DNA of 64,000 nucleotides from Bacteroidota bacterium (GTDB lineage: Bacteria > Bacteroidota > Bacteroidia > 2-12-FULL-35-15): NCBI GenBank assembly GCA_947469885.1, contig CANIQT010000012.1, positions 4,951-68,950 of the forward strand, in the 5' to 3' direction. The translations under genes and the position numbers were made by a program. The notes below the pieces were generated by a model. That model was given only the letters and a program-made list of their open reading frames with translations, was not told the DNA's origin and did not search any database. Every line of letters starts with the position of its first letter. Position 1 is the stretch's first letter. Below are positions 29,431 to 40,724 of this stretch, one piece after another.

Positions 29431-29533
29431 TGTTTTTGTAGGGATACCGAATTATTACGAATTTACGAATTTGTGTTTGTTTTGTTTTTGTACGGATAAC
29501 TAATTATTACGAATTTACGAATTTGTGTTTGTT
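29431..29533. repeat. Two tandem ~51-bp direct repeats in the promoter region of the giant gene, each containing tandem ACGAATTT octamers
   Basis: Copy 1 is TGTTTTTGTAGGGATACCGAATTATTACGAATTTACGAATTTGTGTTTG (29431-29480) and copy 2 is 29483-29533, about 90% identical. They lie 60-165 bp upstream of the ATG at 29370. A third related copy is at 60277-60311. Confidence 0.6.
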
Positions 29534-29545
29534 GTTATAAATTAT

Positions 29546-29812
29546 TTATTTATGAAAAAAATAGGCTAACATTCCTGCTACCACTGCCACTTGTCCAATC
29601 CAAAATATAAACATCCATTTAATAATTTCTGCTTTTGTATTTGCTAATTCCGTTCTTAATTTAGCTAAGTCTTCTTTTGTTGATAAAATATCTTTATGTT
29701 GAGTTACCTCATTTTTTACTTCCTGCTTAATTCCTTCTACTATCGCCTGAGCTTCCTGCTCTGCAAACTTTCCTTTTAATATATTGTAGAGTGTAATTTC
29801 TGAAACTTGCAT
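29546..29812 (-). CDS. DUF1640 (CCDC90-like) small coiled-coil protein with a C-terminal TM anchor
   Basis: 88 aa. The motif ...LSTKEDLAKLRTELANTKAEIIKWMF is followed by a hydrophobic tail (IFWIGQVAVVAGMLAYFF). The ATG lies 9 bp downstream of the Uma2 stop, giving an operon-like layout. Confidence 0.45.
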   Translation of the reverse strand: MQVSEITLYNILKGKFAEQEAQAIVEGIKQEVKNEVTQHKDILSTKEDLAKLRTELANTKAEIIKWMFIFWIGQVAVVAGMLAYFFHK

Positions 29813-29821
29813 TGTTGTTTT

Positions 29822-30397
29822 TTAACTAATTATTTCACTCAGCTTCAATTCAAATCCGGGTAAAATGTTTTCACCAGAAAGTGTTGTTGTAAAAGGTTGT
29901 TCAGTAATTTCGGTATTTGGTTTATAAATTAATGTTGTTTTATTTTCTATGTCAATAAGCCATGCAAAACGGCAACCATTGGTTATCCATTCTTCCATTT
30001 TTTCTTTTTGTTGTTTTAACGAATCGCTGTCGGAGCGTACTTCAATAACAAAATCAGGACATACATGTGCAAATTTATCTTTCTCTTTTTCTGATAATGA
30101 ATTCCATCTTTCATTCGAAATCCAGGAAACATCTGGTGCCCGCATGGCAGTATTTGGAAGGGTAAAACCTGCACTGGAATCGAATACAATTCCTGATTTG
30201 TTTTTTTTATTCCATACATTAAGTTCGTAGCCAATATTGGAATGGTACATACCTGTTTTTGAAAATGAAGGTGTCATTACTATAATATTTTTATCCTTAT
30301 CTCTCTCTAGGCGCAACTCATTGTTATCAGCACAAAGCATATAGAACTGCTCCTCGGTGAGGTTGGCAGATTGTGTATGTATGGCTATTGGTTGCAT
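29822..30397 (-). CDS. Uma2-family (DUF820) PD-(D/E)xK endonuclease
   Basis: 191 aa. The sequence LTEEQFYMLCADNNELRLERDKDKNIIVMTPSFSKTG...APDVSWIS...CPDFVIEVRSDSDS...W fits the Uma2 pattern, with the PD-(D/E)xK core at PDFVIEVRS. Confidence 0.7.
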   Translation of the reverse strand: MQPIAIHTQSANLTEEQFYMLCADNNELRLERDKDKNIIVMTPSFSKTGMYHSNIGYELNVWNKKNKSGIVFDSSAGFTLPNTAMRAPDVSWISNERWNSLSEKEKDKFAHVCPDFVIEVRSDSDSLKQQKEKMEEWITNGCRFAWLIDIENKTTLIYKPNTEITEQPFTTTLSGENILPGFELKLSEIIS

Positions 30398-31045
30398 TTT
30401 TTATTTCTTCTTTTTCTTAATTATAGATGACATTTATTGTTAAATGGTTGCATTGGTTAGACATATTGTATATTCTAACAAATGAATATCAAAATATGTA
30501 TGATGTATGCTTTGCTTTGTTTTGTGTTGTAATTACTATATGTTTACGCGTTATTTATTTTTATTCTTAACAATAATTTCGTGCAAATTCACTCCACCCC
30601 TAATTTCCGAACAGCAAAGTAATAACATTCTGATTGAAAAAACAAATCTTTCATCTCTTTTTTTACACCATCCTCTCATTTTAAGGGACGTCCATTTTGG
30701 CTTTTTTTAACTGTTTTTTGTTTCCAAAAAAACGTTTGGTTTTATTTTAGAAATTAATAGCACAGCCTAATTGCCCATAAACAGTACATTATACAGCTTT
30801 ACAACAAACACATCATCCGTTTTTATTTCAAACAATCATCTGTTTTAATGAAATAAAATACCGAAATAAATTTTTTATTTTTTTTATTAAAAAAGCATTA
30901 AACCAACCAATTATAACAAAAATCTGGCTTGTTCGCCCCATTTCAATTTCTGTTTGTGTTACACATTTTAAATTATTTTTTATACTTATTATACTTTAAA
31001 AACTCAAAAAGGTTGCGGATTTGTTTGGTGCAAAAACAAAAAAAA

Positions 31046-31070
31046 TCCTGCTCCGAATTTCGGAACAGGA
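31046..31070 (-). terminator. Rho-independent terminator of the 318-aa orphan gene (bidirectional hairpin)
   Basis: The stem TCCTGCTCCG / CGGAACAGGA has one G-U wobble on the minus-strand RNA. An A11 run lies 5' and a T6 run lies 3'. It is 28 bp downstream of the stop at 31098. Confidence 0.65.
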
Positions 31071-31097
31071 TTTTTTGTTTTTTACGCTTGATTTAAC

Positions 31098-32054
31098 CTA
31101 CAAAAAATCGATGGTAAATTCACCTTTATTAATAGTGTCGGGATTGAACACCATTAAAAAATGTTGCGTTGTTACATCTCCCAAATCGCTTGCCAACACA
31201 GTGATGTGACCACCTGCCGGAACAATAATAAACATTGCACCAATGGCTCCATCTCTTACATCCGAAAGATAAATACGCAATTCTGTTACTCCATCGTTTT
31301 CAATCTCCAACTGATCAGTTGCTTCAATGGTGCGCTCTACAACCGTATGCACTGCTTCTTTTTTTACAGCATGTTGAAACACCATTTGTGTAATGTTTCG
31401 AATGGTTAACAAATCGAAAAACGTTCCAATAAACACTTTGTTGCTTACATAATGTGCCATCAACGAACCTAAATCAACATACTGTGCATCGCACATTTCA
31501 ACTCTTGCCGCTTCCAATTCGTTGCTTTTAACTTTTGTAGTTTCGATACTTGTTTTTTGAGTATCCACCGCAAGCGTAATGGCAATGTAAAAATTGTCAA
31601 CATCGAGTTTCACAGCAGCCAAAGCGACATCAGCTCCAATGGCAATACTAAGCGAATTAATTGCTTCCACCTTTTCGTCCTGTGTACCATGCTGAAACGG
31701 CCCATGTCCATTAGGAAACATTTGCTGATATCTCACAGTTCCTTTTGCATAAACACTTGCAATGGCAACATCCCATGCGTTTATTTTTTCAAATCCAAGC
31801 TGAGCAAACATTTCATATAATGCTGCTGTCAAACCTTTCTGAATCCCAAGTTGTGCTTTCCATGCACCATACTTTGCAAGATAAGCCAAATGAAATGGCT
31901 TATACGCATTATACAATGCAAGCACAACTGCATCGGCAATATTTGCCTGAAGCGCGTTGTAGTGTATCCTTGATACACGCAATGCCAATCTGAAAGAGCT
32001 ACCTGTAGCTATTTCGATGACATTCATTAAAAAACTCCATAATCTGGTAGTCAT
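31098..32054 (-). CDS. Hypothetical protein, 318 aa, no recognisable family; acidic, A/V/T-rich, no signal peptide, possibly a structural/shell-type protein
   Basis: A clean ORF with an ATG start and a terminator hairpin. Its codon usage is less AT-skewed than its neighbours. Unlike every other gene in the 6-48 kb block, it has no secretion signal. Confidence 0.55.
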   Translation of the reverse strand: MTTRLWSFLMNVIEIATGSSFRLALRVSRIHYNALQANIADAVVLALYNAYKPFHLAYLAKYGAWKAQLGIQKGLTAALYEMFAQLGFEKINAWDVAIASVYAKGTVRYQQMFPNGHGPFQHGTQDEKVEAINSLSIAIGADVALAAVKLDVDNFYIAITLAVDTQKTSIETTKVKSNELEAARVEMCDAQYVDLGSLMAHYVSNKVFIGTFFDLLTIRNITQMVFQHAVKKEAVHTVVERTIEATDQLEIENDGVTELRIYLSDVRDGAIGAMFIIVPAGGHITVLASDLGDVTTQHFLMVFNPDTINKGEFTIDFL

Positions 32055-32297
32055 GATTTCTATTTATTTAATTGTTATTACTATATTAATTTCTCCGCTT
32101 TACAATTTAATGTAATTTAAAAACTCCATAGAGGCGGTTGAATCTAAAGAGTAGTTTCTGTTTTTAAAATAAGTTGAACCTGCTTATTACAGGCAAAATA
32201 CTGTTTCTTCATGTGTTTAAGTATTAAAGATTAAATCAAAGGAACACTTTCCTCTGCAAAATTTTTGTTTTTCAGTTTTTACTAATCAGGATATATG

Positions 32298-32580
32298 CAA
32301 AACAGTTGTCCGAACACTATGTCAAGCTAAACAATACACTCAGACAGTTGTCTGAGCACATTCGTTAGTTAAACATTAGATTAAGACAAGTGTCTAAGCG
32401 TATTTCCAAGATAGATAATACGCCCAGACTACTGTATTTGCGAATTCCCATAATAGGTAATTGGCTTAGACAGTTGTCTAAGCCAATCCCTAAGATAGCC
32501 TAAAGGCAAAAACAACTGTCCGAACGTATTCCCTTGCTTGACATAAAGCCCAGACAACTGTCTGAATGGGTTCCTAAATT
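32298..32580. repeat. Iteron-like array: 7 direct copies (~42-bp period) of a unit containing the inverted repeat AGACA-nn-TGTCT
   Basis: Cores lie at 32302, 32342, 32384, 32426, 32468, 32512 and 32552. Examples are cAGACAGTTGTCTGAGCacATTCg, AGACAAGTGTCTAAGCgtATTTCC and cAGACAACTGTCTGAAtgggTTCC. Copies 1 and 6 carry the variant ACAgtTGTCCGAAC. The array lies 240-530 bp upstream of the orphan gene start at 32054 and abuts a ~450-bp AT/T-rich tract at 32600-33060. Confidence 0.6.
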
Positions 32581-33061
32581 GGGAAATGCTAAAAGTGATA
32601 GTTAATGATGTTATCAAAAACGAGGGAGAAGGGAAAACCAACCGTTATAGCGTATCCTCCAAATCCAAGAAAAAGAATACCAGTTGATTTTGCCCTTTCC
32701 CAAATAGGAGAAAACATCAAACTATTAAAAGTATTTCAAAGAACTAATGCGTGAATGGTAAGCGTAATTGTAAATGTTGTAATTGTAATCTGTTTGAGAG
32801 TAAAGTTACTTCATGCAGGTAGGGGTTTTTGTGGTTTTTTTGTTGGTTTTAAAATTGTGTTCGGGTATTTTGTTGTTGTCTTTATTGTGCTTTGTTATTT
32901 TATTTTTTTTGATGTTTATGAGTAAGACGATTGAACGTATTAAAAGTTACATCTGAACTTAACTATTTTTATTGTTGTTTACTATCATAACTCAAAAACT
33001 TAAAAAAGATACAGAAATATCGTAATTATTTTTTGAGTAACAGAAATTATGCCAAAAAAAA

Positions 33062-33092
33062 AGTCCCGTTCTTCAAAAAGAAGAACGGGACT
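33062..33092 (-). terminator. Rho-independent terminator of the 1,003-aa gene (perfect 13-bp stem, bidirectional)
   Basis: The stem is AGTCCCGTTCTTC / GAAGAACGGGACT with the loop AAAAA. An A9 run lies 5' and TTTTTATT lies 3'. It is 35 bp downstream of the stop at 33127. Confidence 0.8.
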
Positions 33093-33126
33093 TTTTATTA
33101 ATCCTCCCACCTTTCGGTGAGGTATG

Positions 33127-36100
33127 TTACTGCTTAATCACAGTTCCAGAGTGGATAATATTAGAATCAGCATCTAACAAGCGAACGAAATACATTCCGT
33201 CATTGCTTTGTTCGATGTTTGTATTCATAGTACTAGTACCACTTACAACGTTGTGTTTTTCGCTTATTACTAAGTTACCAAGTATATCATATACTTCAAC
33301 AGTTACCACCTGAGCTTTTTCTGTTGTCACGTCTATAGTGAATACAGTTGAAGCAGGGTTAGGGTAAATGTTAGAGAATGTTGCACTTGATTCTACACCA
33401 TTGTTCATAGCAATAGGGTCGGCACAACGAGTAATAGACAGAGTTTTTTGTGCACTGGTACTTCCGCAAATGTTAGTAGTACTAACTTTTATTGAACCTG
33501 CAGCAGAATTGATGTTAGACAACGGTCCGGTGATGGTGATACTTGAAGTACCCTGTCCGGAAGTAATTGTCCAACCTGTAACCACTATTGCCCAGTTGTA
33601 AGAAGCTATTACTGCTCCCAAGTTAGGAGTTGTATAAGTAGCTGAAGTTAAACCACAAAGATTAGCCGGACCGCTTATAGAAGCTGGTACAGGTGATGTA
33701 ACCACTAAGTTAGCAGTTCTTGGAAGACCTTCTCCGCAAGCACTAACCGCTTTACAAGTTAATACTCCTGTAGTACCTCCAAGTGTAACTGTAGCAGTTG
33801 TTCCGCTACCAACCACCGAGTTTCCTGCTCCTGTTACAGACCAGTTATAACTTGATGCTCCGGCAACTGCTGCCACAGAAACGTTGATAGATGACAATCC
33901 GCATACGTTAGACGGCACACCTGATATAGCAACCGGTGCAGCTGGCACATTTCCGGTAACCACTAAAGTGGTTAAAGGACTGTTAGAACAACTGTTAGTT
34001 GCTTTTACAGTTACGTTACCAGTTACAAACGAAGTGTTATAGTTAATAACAATCGAAGTTGTTCCCTGACCACTAGCTATTGTAGTTCCTGTTGGTACTG
34101 TCCAGGTATAACCTGTTGCACCTTGCGATGTACTGCAAGTGTAAGTAGCTGCACTTAGCGTTCCAACTAAACCACAAAGAGTAGCAGGACCTGAAGTGAT
34201 GGTTGGAGTAAACGGAACTTTAGATACATCAAGAGTTGCTGTACCACCGTCTCCACAGTCGTTAGAAGCATAAACGGTTACCTGACCTAAAATAGTTCCG
34301 GCAGCTACGTTAACAGTAATAGAAGTACTGTTCTGACCACTTGTGATGGTCATACCAGATGGTACTGCCCAAGTGTAAGAAGTTGCCTCCGCTACTGTTG
34401 GTATAGTATAAGTTGTTGCTCCAACAAAACACACTACCTGAAGACCTGAAATAACAGGAGTTGCTGGTAATGCACCTACTGTAGCTGTTACAGTAAATGT
34501 TGAACCACTACAAGTTGCATAAGTAGGAGTAACAGTATAAGTTACCACACCATGAACAGGGTTACCATTGTTTGATAATGTATTAGTAATAGTAGTTCCG
34601 CATCCAGATGCACAATTAGTTGCACCTGTTACAGTTCCTGTAGTTACTGATGAATTCCATGTAAATGAAGTTCCTCCTATGTTAGAAGAAAGCGCAATGT
34701 TTGCAGGGCTTCCATCACAAATAATAACGTTAGATGCAGAACCAACTGGCGAAGCACTTACCACAACATTTTGATTGGCTGTAGTTTGGTGACCAGCAGG
34801 GTCGGTAGCAATCCAAGTGATTACTGTAGTTCCAACAGGATAAGAAACCAACGCACCTGTGTTTGAAATTGAAACAGAACAGTTATCGTTTGCAGTAGGA
34901 GTACCTAAAACAACCGGTGAACCGAAACATACATTTACATCTGCAGGTGCTGTAATTGTAGGGAATTGAGTATCCTGAACGGTTACATCAAAATTACAAT
35001 TAGTTGAACCGTTAATGTTAGTTGCTGTAACAATTACATTGGTAGTACCCACAGGGAAAGATGTTCCCGGATTCTGACTGTAAGTAATTACCGGAGCAGG
35101 AACACTTGAAGAAGTGGCTGCGAAACTCACTGAAGAGTTTGCACACAAACCTGTTGAGTTACTTGCAAGAATGTTAGCAGGACAACTTACAGAAGGAGCA
35201 CTTATGTTACCAATTGCAAATGTGCTTGGAGTACCCATTGCGGTAACCCCTGTACATTGAGTATTGGTTGCATTTTGAGCTCCATTTGTTGTTGCTGACC
35301 ATGTACTTACATCAAGTTTTCTCACAACCATTGTTGAAGTTACAGGGCTACCTACTAAATCACCCGCTACAAAATTAAATGTAGGGCTGTAAGAAGTAAA
35401 TCCTGATACTCCGTTGTTGGTTAAGTTCCACTGTCTGTTAACATACTGAGTTTGGCTGATACCTGAAGCTACTGCCGGTGTACCTGTTACAGTAGCTGCA
35501 TCAATACTTCCTGAACCTGATGGCGTTCCCGCGAAATCAAGAGTTACAGGTGTGTAATTAGACGCATCTCCGATACAGAAAGTAGTAGATAAACTGGCAG
35601 TTGCAGGGATAAATCTGCGCATGTTACCGTTTACATATTTTCCTGTACCTGCACCGCTAACTGTAGCAGCACTGCCAAGTATCACATAGAAACTTCCTGT
35701 GTTGATTTTTCCGGAGGTAAATGTCAATGTTCCGTTTACAACAATGTTACCGGATAAGGTAATACCATTACTGTTGTTAACTACCAGGTTGTTGAATGTA
35801 GTGGTAGTAGTTCCGCCTAAAGCCTGAACTGCTGTTCCATTAAACTCAACTGTACCCGGACTTGCATTTACAAGACCATTCGCATCGTTTGTCCAGTCGC
35901 CTTTGATTTGAACAGCACCGCTGTTATCAATAGCTCCTGAATTCTGGATGTGAATACTTCCATCGGTGTTTATGTAAGCACCTGAACCAACGTTTATTCT
36001 TGAGTTGTCCACATTAATATTTTGTGCACTCAAACGTAAACTGAAAGTAAAACCAACTATCATCGCAGCCACCAAAAGTGCTGCACGGGACAATCCTCTA

Positions 36101-36138
36101 AGGATTGTGTCCGGTGATTTGTGTTGTTGTTTTTTCAT
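33127..36138 (-). CDS. T9SS type-A C-terminal-domain surface protein with an HYR domain and Ig/PKD-like repeats; its C-terminal ~570 aa are paralogous to the C-terminus of the giant protein
   Basis: There is a signal peptide (...LLVAAMIVGFTFSLRLSAQ). The HYR-like segment reads PVITYSQNPGTSFPVGTTNVIVTATNINGSTNCNFDVTVQDTQFPTITAP...NDNCSVSISNTGALVSYPVGTTVITWIATD. Repeated xISGxxxVCGxxxxTYSxxxVxxATSYxWxV units follow. The sorting domain reads ...YPNPASTVFTIDV...MYFVRLLDADSNIIHSGTVIKQ. Confidence 0.85.
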   Translation of the reverse strand: MKKQQHKSPDTILRGLSRAALLVAAMIVGFTFSLRLSAQNINVDNSRINVGSGAYINTDGSIHIQNSGAIDNSGAVQIKGDWTNDANGLVNASPGTVEFNGTAVQALGGTTTTTFNNLVVNNSNGITLSGNIVVNGTLTFTSGKINTGSFYVILGSAATVSGAGTGKYVNGNMRRFIPATASLSTTFCIGDASNYTPVTLDFAGTPSGSGSIDAATVTGTPAVASGISQTQYVNRQWNLTNNGVSGFTSYSPTFNFVAGDLVGSPVTSTMVVRKLDVSTWSATTNGAQNATNTQCTGVTAMGTPSTFAIGNISAPSVSCPANILASNSTGLCANSSVSFAATSSSVPAPVITYSQNPGTSFPVGTTNVIVTATNINGSTNCNFDVTVQDTQFPTITAPADVNVCFGSPVVLGTPTANDNCSVSISNTGALVSYPVGTTVITWIATDPAGHQTTANQNVVVSASPVGSASNVIICDGSPANIALSSNIGGTSFTWNSSVTTGTVTGATNCASGCGTTITNTLSNNGNPVHGVVTYTVTPTYATCSGSTFTVTATVGALPATPVISGLQVVCFVGATTYTIPTVAEATSYTWAVPSGMTITSGQNSTSITVNVAAGTILGQVTVYASNDCGDGGTATLDVSKVPFTPTITSGPATLCGLVGTLSAATYTCSTSQGATGYTWTVPTGTTIASGQGTTSIVINYNTSFVTGNVTVKATNSCSNSPLTTLVVTGNVPAAPVAISGVPSNVCGLSSINVSVAAVAGASSYNWSVTGAGNSVVGSGTTATVTLGGTTGVLTCKAVSACGEGLPRTANLVVTSPVPASISGPANLCGLTSATYTTPNLGAVIASYNWAIVVTGWTITSGQGTSSITITGPLSNINSAAGSIKVSTTNICGSTSAQKTLSITRCADPIAMNNGVESSATFSNIYPNPASTVFTIDVTTEKAQVVTVEVYDILGNLVISEKHNVVSGTSTMNTNIEQSNDGMYFVRLLDADSNIIHSGTVIKQ

Positions 36139-36207
36139 TTTTGATTATTTTATAAATTTATAAAATTATGTTTCCTGCCGTTGGTTTGACAGGAAACACA
36201 ATTAATA

Positions 36208-39990
<3,783 letters not shown>

Positions 39991-40724
39991 TTTTGATTTT
40001 TTTAGTTAATAATTAATTGATTGATTTTTGTTTTTAATTGATTGATTTTTGTTAATTGTTTTTAATTGATTTAATTGTTAAACTTACTTGTTACTTATTT
40101 TATTTACTATTTAATTTAATTTTTCGGGCACTCTCTTCTTCAATTTTGTTTTTCCATCTCGTTTGGGTTTTAGAGTTAAATTTACAACTATTTGAATTAT
40201 CCTTGCTTAAATTTTTACCTAATACTAAGTGTATATATATGTATGTTTTTATCGTGCCTTTCCACCTGCATTTTCCTATTATGGAAAAGACAAATTTATG
40301 GTTTTAAGTGGCAAAGTAAAACTATATATTCCAAAAAAACAAATTTATTTTCTACAAAACTATATATTGTGATGTAAAAGATTGAAATATAATAGTATAA
40401 AAACGAGACATTTTTTTTGAAATTTTATTAATTAACGTTCATTTTGGTTTGTTTGTCGTATACACATTCAACTTTTTACCTAAATAAATTGTGTTAAAAT
40501 AATTAATAATTTCACTTTAAAAAACAGATGACATTTATTAATCCCTTTACCTTAAAGACGCAAATCGGTTGCAAATAGTTGCATGGCATTTAACGTTTTT
40601 TTGTAATTAATATAAACTAAAAACGTATGAAACTCACAAAACCCTTTGTTTTCAACTGTTTCAACAGGATAAGGGTAATGATAAAACGATATGTTGTTTG
40701 TCGCAAATATTCTAAAACGCCCAA

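Noticed and set aside
30507-30710. 67-aa ORF in the AT-rich region upstream of the Uma2 cassette
   Set aside because: It is a low-complexity hydrophobic translation of AT-rich DNA with no start context. It is probably non-coding promoter DNA.
32298-32580. Possible CRISPR array (regularly spaced short repeats)
   Set aside because: The repeat copies are degenerate, and the 'spacers' (~20 bp) are themselves partly conserved (ATTCC, TAAG motifs). The period is 42 bp rather than 60-70, and no cas genes lie nearby. It is better explained as an iteron-like or operator array.
33149-33160. Possible DnaA box (GTGGATAAT) near the AT-rich tract
   Set aside because: It is a single imperfect match inside the coding sequence of the 1,003-aa gene. 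It is not evidence of an origin.
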